From an uncultured Candidatus Saccharibacteria bacterium (GTDB lineage: Bacteria; Patescibacteriota; Minisyncoccia; GCA-002772825): a stretch of 41,540 bases of DNA. Shown here piece after piece: positions 14,300-22,871 of the stretch. Location of the stretch: assembly GCA_964363045.1 (NCBI GenBank), contig CAYIGM010000003.1:1-41540 (forward strand), given 5' to 3'. Under the pieces are notes generated by a model, which did no database searches, had not been told where the DNA came from, and saw only the letters and a program-made list of their open reading frames with translations. A program made the position numbers and the translations under genes. Numbering within the stretch: the first letter of the stretch is position 1; each line of letters opens with the position of its first letter.

Positions 14300-15301
14300 A
14301 TGGAGAAAGAATATAAAGTGAAAATATTTACAGGGATTAGGCCCACCGGAGACCTTACTATTGCTAATTATTTAGGAGCGATCAAGCCCATTGTTGATAT
14401 GGCCGAAGAGCGCGATATCAACCCGCTTGTTTTTGTTGCGGATATGCACGCTCTTACGGATAGTGAACCGTCAGTGGCGAAAAAATTTACCCATGAGGTT
14501 GTTGCTGATTATTTGGCCTTGGGGCTTGACCCTGAAAGGACGACGATTTTTATCCAATCGGCAATCGCTCCGCAAATTCTTACTTTGATGAGTTATTTAT
14601 CCCGCCATATAACAGTGGCTGAACTGTTAAGGGTACCAGCTCTTAAAGATAAATTAAAAAAAAATGCCCGGGAAGAAACGGCCAATGCTTTGCTTTTCTT
14701 ATACCCGGTGCTTATGGCGGCTGATATTTTAATTCAACGGCCGGAGTATGTTCCGGTGGGTGAAGATCAGGAATCTCATCTGGAAGTTGCTCGTCTGCTG
14801 GCTAAAAGATTTAACGCTCGCTACGGAGATGTTTTTCCTCCGCCTAAAACTTATCAAATGAAATCGCTTCGCATCCTTTCTCTCAAAGGGAAGGGGAAAA
14901 TGAGCAAATCAGTTCCCGAAGGGGCAATATTTTTGACCGATAATATTGAGAGCGCCGTCCAAAAAATAAAAAAAGCCGTCACTTCAGTGGAAGGTAAAAT
15001 GACCGACGGACTTCTAAGTAATATAATTATAGCGAAAGAATTATCAAAAAATGAAAATGATAAGATGCGAATTGATGAGATTATTGCCGAGCATATGTCA
15101 GGAAAAAAAGTGATGGGGGAATTTAAAAAAACGCTGGCCAATTCAGTGTCGGGATTTTTGATTGATTTTCAAGCGCGAAGGGAAAAGATTATCCGCAACC
15201 CAGAGACAATAGAATTTATTTTAAAGAGGGGGGCGGAAATTGCCGCTAAAAATGCCGATGAAACGATGGCGCTGGTTGAAAAGGCAATGTTCTCGCGGTA
15301 A
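14300..15301 (+). CDS. trpS: tryptophan--tRNA ligase
   Basis: GIRPTGDLTIANYLGA (HIGH-region equivalent), the KMSKS motif, and 333 aa. Confidence 0.93.
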   Translation: MEKEYKVKIFTGIRPTGDLTIANYLGAIKPIVDMAEERDINPLVFVADMHALTDSEPSVAKKFTHEVVADYLALGLDPERTTIFIQSAIAPQILTLMSYLSRHITVAELLRVPALKDKLKKNAREETANALLFLYPVLMAADILIQRPEYVPVGEDQESHLEVARLLAKRFNARYGDVFPPPKTYQMKSLRILSLKGKGKMSKSVPEGAIFLTDNIESAVQKIKKAVTSVEGKMTDGLLSNIIIAKELSKNENDKMRIDEIIAEHMSGKKVMGEFKKTLANSVSGFLIDFQARREKIIRNPETIEFILKRGAEIAAKNADETMALVEKAMFSR

Positions 15302-15373
15302 TACTTTATAAGTAAATTATTTTTTATTTCTAATATAAACACTAAAAAATTCCGCAGGAATATTGAGGATTTT

Positions 15374-15631
15374 GTGTGCGGGCATTGCGGGAAGAGAGTC
15401 TCCGGCAACGGCTACACTAACCACTGCCCCAAGTGTTTGTGGAGTAAGCATGTGGATGTGAATCCGGGCGACAGGAGCGCGGATTGCGGAGGGATGATGA
15501 AGCCCGTCTCTTTTGAGCAGAAAAGCGGCGGGTGGCGAATCCTCCACAAGTGTGAAAAATGCGGGCATAAAAAAATAAATAGACTCTCAAAGGACGATGA
15601 CTTTGATATAATGTTTGGCATTCAATGTTGA
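15374..15631 (+). CDS. RNHCP-domain zinc-binding protein
   Basis: CGHCG...TNHCPKCLWSKHVD..GDRSADCGGMM..HKCEKCG matches the RNHCP domain pattern. GTG start. Confidence 0.7.
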   Translation: MCGHCGKRVSGNGYTNHCPKCLWSKHVDVNPGDRSADCGGMMKPVSFEQKSGGWRILHKCEKCGHKKINRLSKDDDFDIMFGIQC

Positions 15632-17463
15632 ACATATTAAGTTCATGTTATAATTATCTCGTTGTGATAGAAAATAAAAAATTAAAAAATAATAAAAAAT
15701 TCTACGCGGGGTTTATAATCATCTTGCGCTATCTGGCTGAGTATAAGAGTGAGATAATCTTGCTTTCTGTACTTGGCGTTATCTCCGCTTTGGCAAACGG
15801 AGCGGTGCCTTATCTAGTGGGGCGTCTTTTTGATACAATTATTTCTCCGGGGGAGATTTTCGCGGGCACATCAATAGAGATGCCCTTATGGCTCTTCTTT
15901 GTTATCATATGGGGGATTGCACAGCTCGTGGCTAATGTAGTTGATTGGAGGAGCAATCTAAAAAGTGCCATGCTTGGAGAAGATATTTTCACCAGTTATA
16001 TGGCGAAAGGTTTTAGTTGCCTTTTAGGACTCCCTTTGTCCTTTCACAAAACGAATAAAATGGGAGAGATAGGTGATAGGATAAATAAAGCCGCGCACTC
16101 TCTTGAGACTATTTCTAATAATGTCGTTATTTATCTGGCGCCGCAATTTTTGAGTATTTTTGTCGCGTTGACAATAGCGTTTTTAATTAACTGGGTCTTG
16201 GCTTTGGTTATGCTCGGTGGTTTGATTGTCTATGTCATCATCCTTTTATATATTGTGCGTCCCCTCGCGCATCTCCAGAGAAAAGGGCATCGGGCATATG
16301 GTAAGGCATACGGTGATGCTTATGACGCTATTTTTAATGCTCAGACGGTGAAGCAGGCTGTTTCTGAAAAATATGAGCAAAGAAAAATGTATAATAATTT
16401 CAAGGTGAAAGCTATGGGGATTTGGGTGAATATTTTCCGTGCTTGGCAGGGGCTCAGCTTCTATCAGCGGTTGGTTATCCTGGCAACCCAATTAGCCATT
16501 TTTTCATTATCCGTCATCTTTATTCAAGCGGGCAAAATGACCGTCGGTGAGCTAGTGATGTTTAATGGTTATGCGATGGTGCTTTTTGGCCCTTTTGTTA
16601 TCCTCGGCAAAAATTGGCAGACAATCCAAAACGGAATGATCGCCGTTGAGCGAGGTGAGAAGATATTATCTACTCATGCTGAAAATTATGAGCCTGAGAA
16701 TGCAGTAGTACTTGATGATATAAAAGGGGAGATTGAATTCAAGGATGTCTTTTTCTCATACGATAAGAAGGGAAAGTATGTCTTGAATAATATTAATTTT
16801 AAAGTGAATCCCGGGGAAATAATAGCGCTTGTCGGTGAATCGGGCGTGGGCAAGAGCACCTTGATAGATATCATCTCCGGGTATTATTTTGCGGATAAGG
16901 GGAAAGTCTTGGTGGATGGACATAATGTGAAGCGGTTGAATTTAAAATTTCTTCGTTCTAAGATTGGCGTGGTGCCTCAGGAGGTGGTGCTCTTCAACGA
17001 AGCGATAAAGACGAATATCAAGTATGGCAGTTTTGGCGCCTCTCTTGATGATGTGAAAAGAGCGGCGGAAGATGCACATTGCGCCGGCTTTATAGAGAAA
17101 TTCCCCAAGAAATGGGACCAGGTTGTGGGAGAGAGGGGAGTGAAGCTCTCCGTAGGGCAGAAGCAGAGAGTGGCTATCGCCCGAGCGATATTGCGCGATC
17201 CGAAGATATTGATACTTGACGAACCGACTTCCGCGCTTGACGCCAAGTCAGAGAAAATAATCCAGGAGTCCTTGGAAAGATTGATGAAAAGGAAGACAAC
17301 TTTCATCATTGCGCATCGCTTAAGTACGGTGAGGAAAGCGGATAAGATACTTGTCTTTGAGAAGGGGGAGATTGTTGAAACCGGCAAACACGATGAACTT
17401 ATAAAAAAGAAAGATGGCGTGTACAGGAATCTTCATGAATTTCAAGTAGGTTTATCCGCTTAA
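15625..17463 (+). CDS. ABC transporter, fused permease/ATP-binding exporter (MsbA/type I exporter-like)
   Basis: Six-TM N-terminal half. Walker A GESGVGKST, signature LSVGQKQR, Walker B ILILDEPTSALD. The exact start is uncertain. Confidence 0.9.
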   Translation: MLNILSSCYNYLVVIENKKLKNNKKFYAGFIIILRYLAEYKSEIILLSVLGVISALANGAVPYLVGRLFDTIISPGEIFAGTSIEMPLWLFFVIIWGIAQLVANVVDWRSNLKSAMLGEDIFTSYMAKGFSCLLGLPLSFHKTNKMGEIGDRINKAAHSLETISNNVVIYLAPQFLSIFVALTIAFLINWVLALVMLGGLIVYVIILLYIVRPLAHLQRKGHRAYGKAYGDAYDAIFNAQTVKQAVSEKYEQRKMYNNFKVKAMGIWVNIFRAWQGLSFYQRLVILATQLAIFSLSVIFIQAGKMTVGELVMFNGYAMVLFGPFVILGKNWQTIQNGMIAVERGEKILSTHAENYEPENAVVLDDIKGEIEFKDVFFSYDKKGKYVLNNINFKVNPGEIIALVGESGVGKSTLIDIISGYYFADKGKVLVDGHNVKRLNLKFLRSKIGVVPQEVVLFNEAIKTNIKYGSFGASLDDVKRAAEDAHCAGFIEKFPKKWDQVVGERGVKLSVGQKQRVAIARAILRDPKILILDEPTSALDAKSEKIIQESLERLMKRKTTFIIAHRLSTVRKADKILVFEKGEIVETGKHDELIKKKDGVYRNLHEFQVGLSA

Positions 17464-17480
17464 TGTCAAACATTAAGTTT

Positions 17481-17510
17481 AAAAACACCCCGTTTTGAGG
17501 GGGTGTTTTT
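17481..17510. terminator. bidirectional rho-independent terminator
   Basis: AAAAACACCCC / GGGGTGTTTTT stem between convergent genes. Confidence 0.8.
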
Positions 17511-17544
17511 AATACGGAGCGCGTTGCGTGTTATGCGCGGGTGA

Positions 17545-17793
17545 TTAAGCGGCGCGCTCTTGGTCGTTTTCAAATGTTTCATCTGTCGGCACGCGCACCG
17601 TTCCATCCGGATTTAACACCCGCTTGGCGCTAATCCGTTCTTTGGTTTCCGGAGATAAACCTATCCCTTTTTTATCTATTGTCTCTTCGGGTTGTCTTTC
17701 TTCTATTGATTCCTCGGTAGATACTTCTTTTGCTGATTCATTTTTTGCCTCTTCCGGTTTTTTATTTCCAAAAATATTTTCTAAACCAAACAT
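17545..17793 (-). CDS. small acidic hypothetical protein (82 aa)
   Basis: ORF with its start moved to the ATG at 17793, which lies 7 nt downstream of TAAAAT (17801-17806 on the minus strand). The composition is Glu/Lys-rich. Confidence 0.45.
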   Translation of the reverse strand: MFGLENIFGNKKPEEAKNESAKEVSTEESIEERQPEETIDKKGIGLSPETKERISAKRVLNPDGTVRVPTDETFENDQERAA

Positions 17794-17942
17794 AATTAAA
17801 ATTTTAGTTAAATAATAATCGCGATTTCCGACCATTTTTCACGCTAAAATAGCGTAATTTATCTTAAAATTAGTATAACTTTTGCCAAAAATTATGGCAA
17901 TTATCATATCTGGATAATAGGACTTCAATTTTCTGCTATTTA

Positions 17943-17951
17943 TGGTAGAAT
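17943..17951 (+). promoter_or_regulatory. extended -10 box TGgTAGAAT, 7 nt upstream of the aspS ATG
   Basis: Read from the sequence. No SD lies between it and 17959. Confidence 0.5.
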
Positions 17952-17958
17952 CAAGTTT

Positions 17959-19356
17959 ATGCAACGAATTTTAATCAAAGATATAAAGGATAAAATAGGG
18001 GAAACAGTCTTGCTCTCCGGCTGGGTGGATATAAGGCGCGACCACGGTAAGCTTGTATTCATAGACCTTCGCGACGCTTCCGGCAAGGCGCAATTGGTTA
18101 TTTTGCCTAATCATAAAGAAGTGTATGAAGCGGCAGAGAAAGTTCGTCCGGAATGGGTGGTGGAGATAAAAGGAATTGTGAATAAAAGACCGGAGAAAAT
18201 GATAAATGCCGACCAGTCTCTGGGCGCGGTGGAGATAGAAGTCTTGGAACTCAGCGTATTAAACGAGGCGGAAACTCCGCCTTTTGAGATAAACGGTGAT
18301 GGGTATGAGATAGGCGAAGAGCATCGCTTGAAATATCGCTACATTGACCTGCGTCGAGAGAGGATGCAGAAGAATCTTAGGATGCGCCATAAGGTTATCA
18401 AATTCATTCGCGATTATTTATCGGATAAGGATTTTATAGAAGTGGAAACCCCGCTTCTTACTAAATCCACGCCTGAGGGGGCGCGAGATTACATAGTGCC
18501 CTCTCGATTGGAGATAGGGAAATTCTACGCTCTGCCGCAGGCGCCTCAGCAATATAAGCAGATTTTGATGGCTTCCGGAGTTGAGAAATATTTTCAGATT
18601 GCCAAATGTTTGCGCGATGAAGATACGAGAGGCGACAGACAGCCGGAGTTTACTCAGGTGGACATTGAGGCGAGCTTTGTTTCAAGCGACGACATAATGA
18701 ATCTTATTGAGAATATTTTAATTGAAACGGTGGAGAAATTATATCCGGAAAAAATAATTCAAGAGAAACCTTTTCCGCGCATTTCTTATAAGGAAGCAAT
18801 GGAAAAATATGGCAATGACCGACCGGACATAAGAGAAGATAAAAATAATCCTAATTTATTGGCCTTTTTATGGGTGATTGATTTTCCATTTTTTGAAAAA
18901 ACCGATAACGATAAGTGGACATTTACTCATAATCCCTTTTCGGCTCCGCAGAAAGAATATAAGGAAGCGTTTCTTAACAAAGAAAAAATCGGCGAAATAC
19001 TTTCCGACCAATACGATATCGTTTTAAATGGCTTGGAAATAGGCGGAGGAAGCATAAGGAGCCATGAGAGCGGCATGCTTAAGAAGACGCTTGAAGTAAT
19101 AGGATTGGATGAAGAGAGTATTTCTCGAGATTTCGGTCATATGCTTAAGGCGCTTTCATCCGGCGCGCCGCCTCACGGCGGGATAGCGCTTGGTTTTGAT
19201 CGTCTTCTTTCTATTTTTCAAAATGAGCCGAATATCCGCGAGGTGATAGCTTTCCCCAAGACGGGCGACGGGCGGGAGCTTATGACCGGCTCGCCAAGCG
19301 ATGTGCCAAAAAATCAGCTTGAGGAGCTGGGTATAGAAATAAAGAAAAAGAAATAA
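17959..19356 (+). CDS. aspS: aspartate--tRNA ligase (bacterial-type core, short form)
   Basis: OB-fold N-terminus FIDLRDASGKAQLV, motif 2 region FQIAKCLRDEDTRGDRQPEFTQVDIE, motif 3 GGIALGFDRL. Confidence 0.92.
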   Translation: MQRILIKDIKDKIGETVLLSGWVDIRRDHGKLVFIDLRDASGKAQLVILPNHKEVYEAAEKVRPEWVVEIKGIVNKRPEKMINADQSLGAVEIEVLELSVLNEAETPPFEINGDGYEIGEEHRLKYRYIDLRRERMQKNLRMRHKVIKFIRDYLSDKDFIEVETPLLTKSTPEGARDYIVPSRLEIGKFYALPQAPQQYKQILMASGVEKYFQIAKCLRDEDTRGDRQPEFTQVDIEASFVSSDDIMNLIENILIETVEKLYPEKIIQEKPFPRISYKEAMEKYGNDRPDIREDKNNPNLLAFLWVIDFPFFEKTDNDKWTFTHNPFSAPQKEYKEAFLNKEKIGEILSDQYDIVLNGLEIGGGSIRSHESGMLKKTLEVIGLDEESISRDFGHMLKALSSGAPPHGGIALGFDRLLSIFQNEPNIREVIAFPKTGDGRELMTGSPSDVPKNQLEELGIEIKKKK

Positions 19357-19362
19357 AAAAAT

Positions 19363-20079
19363 ATGAATGTGAATCCAACTCAGTCTTATAAAGTAAAATC
19401 AGGAGAATTTGAAGGGCCTTTCGAGCTTCTGCTTGAACTTATTGAAGGGGAGAAACTTTCTATAAATAAAGTTTCTTTAACTGAAGTCGCTGATAAATAT
19501 CTTGAATATGTAAAGAATCTGCGGGATTTTCCAATAGACGAGGCGGCCGGTTTCCTCTTGGTCGCTTCCACTCTTATGCTTATAAAATCCAGATCGCTTT
19601 TGCCGAGTCTGAAGCTTACTGAAGAAGAAGAACAGAGCATTGGCGACCTTGAAAAGAGACTGGTAATTTATAGAGATATAAAACGGCTTTCTTTTAATAT
19701 TAGAGACAGATTTGGTAAGAATAGACTTTATGAGAGAGAATCTTTTTCCGGTCTTTTGCCGGAATTTATAGAACCTCGGGAGATTCAGGTCGCGACTTTA
19801 TTTGAGGCGTTGAAAAAAGTTTTAATCAATCTTCCTATTAAGGAGATATTCCCTGAAGCGGCCATAAAGAAGGTGGTAAGTCTTGAGGAGAAGATAAGAG
19901 ATATAATAGGAAGAATAGAGAAGGGGATTCAGGCGAGTTTTAGCGATTTTAATAAAGAAGGGCAAGATAAAAGCGAAATGATAGTGAATTTCTTGGCGGT
20001 GCTTGAACTGGCGCGGCGCGGACTGGTGATAGTTAACCAGGAAGACCATTTTGGAAATATCAGCATTATAAAAGCGTAA
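19363..20079 (+). CDS. scpA: segregation and condensation protein A
   Basis: FEGPFELLLELIEGEKLSI at the N-terminus, 238 aa, followed by scpB. Confidence 0.88.
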   Translation: MNVNPTQSYKVKSGEFEGPFELLLELIEGEKLSINKVSLTEVADKYLEYVKNLRDFPIDEAAGFLLVASTLMLIKSRSLLPSLKLTEEEEQSIGDLEKRLVIYRDIKRLSFNIRDRFGKNRLYERESFSGLLPEFIEPREIQVATLFEALKKVLINLPIKEIFPEAAIKKVVSLEEKIRDIIGRIEKGIQASFSDFNKEGQDKSEMIVNFLAVLELARRGLVIVNQEDHFGNISIIKA

Positions 20080-20087
20080 AACATATT

Positions 20088-20729
20088 ATGAATTTGGAAA
20101 ATAAAATTGAAGCCGCGCTCTTTATGAAAGGAGAACCGCAAAGTATAAAAAGCTTAAGCGGGCTTTTGAAGGTGCCGGAAAGCGAAGTGGAAACGGCTGT
20201 TTTAAAACTCGGTGAAGATTTGAAATCACAAGCGCGGGGCATCAGGCTTCTTAGAAAAGAGGATTCTGTGATGCTTGCCACTGCGCCTGAAGTGTCGGAC
20301 ATAATAAAGGAAATGGCTAGAGAAGAGTATGATTCTAAACTATCTCAAGCCGCCGTTGAGACGTTAGCGATTGTGGTTTATCGCGGTCCGATAATAAAAT
20401 CGGAGATAGATTATATAAGAGGAGTTAATTCCGGATTTATATTGAGGAATCTGCTGATAAGGGGGCTTGTAGAGAGGGTCGCCAGCCCAAGCGACCGGAG
20501 GGCGTTTACATACAGGCCAAGTTTTGAACTTTTGCAATTTTTAGGCATTGAGAAAGCCGGTGATTTGCCGGAATATGAAGATTTCAATGAAAAGATGAAG
20601 CATTCTGTTGCTGATATGGCGGAAGCTGAAAAAAAGATGAACGAAACTTTTAAAGAGCTTGAAGAAGATTTAGCCGGCACCGGCGAAATTCATAGCGAAA
20701 CTCGTAATTTAAATGAGACGAATCTATAA
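20088..20729 (+). CDS. scpB: segregation and condensation protein B
   Basis: IEAALFMKGEP..., LSQAAVETLAIVVYRGPIIKSEIDYIRGV (winged-helix repeats). Confidence 0.88.
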   Translation: MNLENKIEAALFMKGEPQSIKSLSGLLKVPESEVETAVLKLGEDLKSQARGIRLLRKEDSVMLATAPEVSDIIKEMAREEYDSKLSQAAVETLAIVVYRGPIIKSEIDYIRGVNSGFILRNLLIRGLVERVASPSDRRAFTYRPSFELLQFLGIEKAGDLPEYEDFNEKMKHSVADMAEAEKKMNETFKELEEDLAGTGEIHSETRNLNETNL

Positions 20730-21609
20730 AATAATAATTTTTATTGTCGTTATTTTGGCGTTTTTTGCGGTTTTGTTTTTTTTCTTGCCGGCGAATAAGA
20801 TAGATAACGATTCTAATTTTCGCGAATTTAAAGCTAATCCGTTTGATGATATTAGACTTGAAGCCAAGGCGGTTTATGTTTTTGATATTGTGAAAAATGA
20901 GCCTATTTTTGAATTTAATAAAAATGCGCAACTCCCGCTGGCTTCTCTGGCTAAAGTGATGGCCGTCCTTGTCGCTTCAAATGAAGTTTTGCCCGGCGTT
21001 ATTGTAGAGATAAATAAAGAGGCGATAAGACAGGCAGGGGATGATAAATTGCTGGTCGGAGAAAAATGGAGATTTTCTGACATCTTGGATTTTACAGTCG
21101 TTAAATCTTCAAATGACGGCGCTTCGGCGATTGCTTCGGCGGTGAGCGCCGTATCTTTTGGCGGTGATAAAAATAATTTTATAAAAAAAATGAATGAATT
21201 TGCCGGAAAAATCGGAATGAAGCAGACTTATTTTTTAAATGAAACCGGACTTGATTTGTCTAAAAATATGTCCGGCGCTTACGGTTCGGCGGAAGATATG
21301 GCGAAACTTTTTATATATGTTTTGAAAACTGACTCAAGGATTCTGGAGGCGACACAATATTCAACGCTTGAACTTAGCTCTAAAGAAGCTAAACACAGCA
21401 TAATAAATACGGATATTTTAACCGCCAATGTTTCCGGCATTATTGCTTCAAAAACGGGGTTTACCGATTTGGCGGAAGGAAATCTGGCTATTGTTTTTGA
21501 TGCCGGTTTTATGCATCCGGTAGTGGCGGTGGTGCTCGGTTCCTCGCAAGAAGGAAGGTTTGAAGATATGAAAAAATTGATGAAGGCGACATTTGAAAGC
21601 TTGAGATAA
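20713..21609 (+). CDS. D-alanyl-D-alanine carboxypeptidase (peptidase S11, low-MW PBP)
   Basis: SLAK (SxxK), SSND (SxN) and KTG motifs, with an N-terminal TM/signal segment. Confidence 0.85.
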   Translation: MRRIYKIIIFIVVILAFFAVLFFFLPANKIDNDSNFREFKANPFDDIRLEAKAVYVFDIVKNEPIFEFNKNAQLPLASLAKVMAVLVASNEVLPGVIVEINKEAIRQAGDDKLLVGEKWRFSDILDFTVVKSSNDGASAIASAVSAVSFGGDKNNFIKKMNEFAGKIGMKQTYFLNETGLDLSKNMSGAYGSAEDMAKLFIYVLKTDSRILEATQYSTLELSSKEAKHSIINTDILTANVSGIIASKTGFTDLAEGNLAIVFDAGFMHPVVAVVLGSSQEGRFEDMKKLMKATFESLR

Positions 21610-21659
21610 TTTAAATAATCCTTTCTCTTTTAGATTAGATATTATGTCAAGTCCAATGT

Positions 21660-21702
21660 CCAACACTAATGTCCAACACTCGGTGTTGGACATTAGTGTT
21701 GG
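21660..21702. repeat. perfect 20-bp inverted repeat with a 3-nt spacer
   Basis: CCAACACTAATGTCCAACAC tcg GTGTTGGACATTAGTGTTGG. It also contains the internal direct repeat TGTCCAACAC twice. There is no T-run. Confidence 0.8.
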
Positions 21703-21773
21703 TGCTGGTAAGGCTACGGACATGCGACATCCATAGGACGAATAAGTTGTTTTTTTGCGTATTTGGCAAAAGG

Positions 21774-21782
21774 TGGTATAAT
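21774..21782 (+). promoter_or_regulatory. extended -10 box TGgTATAAT, 8 nt upstream of the mraY ATG
   Basis: Read from the sequence. No SD before 21791. Confidence 0.5.
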
Positions 21783-21790
21783 TTTGTCTG

Positions 21791-22849
21791 ATGATAATAA
21801 ACGTCTTTAAAGTTTTTGCGCCAGCTACGGCGGCCTTTTTTATCGGGATTTTTCTGGCTCCGCTTTTAACGCATTATCTTTATAAGCATAAAATGTGGAA
21901 GAAAAAAGCGCGCAATGAAGCGCTTGGCGGAGGAGGGACACCGATTTTTAACAATTTGCACAAAGAAAAAGAAGTCGGCACCCCAAGAATGGGCGGTATT
22001 TTAATTTGGAGCAGTTCGCTTATCGTTATAATCATATTCCGGCTTCTTTCAGTCATATCTTCAAATCCGCTGGCTGATAAACTTGATTTTTTAAGCCGTT
22101 CGCAGACATGGCTTCCTATTTTTACTCTGCTCGCCGGTTCTATGGTTGGGCTTGCTGATGACCTGTTGGTTATTTATGGAAAAGGAAAATATATTGCCGG
22201 CGGACTTAAACTGTCGGAAAGAATAATAATGGTTCTGGCTATCGGAGCGATAGGCGCTTGGTGGTTTTTCGTTAAGCTTGGCATATCAAGCATCCTCATC
22301 CCATTTTACGGCGAAGTATCACTTGGGCTTTTGTTTATTCCATTTTTTATGATAACAATGCTCGCTCTTTTTTCCGGCGGAGTGATAGACGGCATAGACG
22401 GCCTTTCCGGGGGGATTTTTGCCGCGATATTTTCCGCTTATGCGGGGATAGCTTTTTTTCAAAATCAGATAGACTTGGCGGCTTTCTGCGCCGTGGTGGC
22501 TGGCGGAATTCTGGCGTTTTTATGGTTTAATATACCGCCGGCCCGTTTTTATATGACAGAAACAGGCATACTCGGGCTGACCACTACTCTTACCGTTGTC
22601 GCTTTTCTTACCAAGTTCGCGGTGGTTCTTCCCATTATTGCGTTTCCTCTTTTTGTGGCGTCCGGTTCCGTTATAATTCAAGTAGTTTCAAAAAAATTAA
22701 GAAACGGGAAAAAAGTTTTTTTAGTCGCCCCGGTTCATCATCATTTTGAAGCTTTGGGGTGGCCGTCGTATAAAGTGACTATGCGGTTTTGGATTATAAG
22801 TATAATTTTTGCACTAATAGGCATGATAATCGCTCTAGCGGGGAAATAA
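21791..22849 (+). CDS. mraY: phospho-N-acetylmuramoyl-pentapeptide transferase
   Basis: Polytopic membrane protein with GTPRMGG, GLADD, DGIDGL and PVHHHFE motifs. Confidence 0.92.
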   Translation: MIINVFKVFAPATAAFFIGIFLAPLLTHYLYKHKMWKKKARNEALGGGGTPIFNNLHKEKEVGTPRMGGILIWSSSLIVIIIFRLLSVISSNPLADKLDFLSRSQTWLPIFTLLAGSMVGLADDLLVIYGKGKYIAGGLKLSERIIMVLAIGAIGAWWFFVKLGISSILIPFYGEVSLGLLFIPFFMITMLALFSGGVIDGIDGLSGGIFAAIFSAYAGIAFFQNQIDLAAFCAVVAGGILAFLWFNIPPARFYMTETGILGLTTTLTVVAFLTKFAVVLPIIAFPLFVASGSVIIQVVSKKLRNGKKVFLVAPVHHHFEALGWPSYKVTMRFWIISIIFALIGMIIALAGK

Positions 22850-22871
22850 ATAAAAAGTTATAATAAAAAAT

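Noticed and set aside
21448-21723. The 91-aa minus-strand ORF spanning the 20-bp palindrome.
   Set aside because: It overlaps the 3' end of the carboxypeptidase gene in antisense and runs through a perfect inverted repeat. It has no recognisable motifs.
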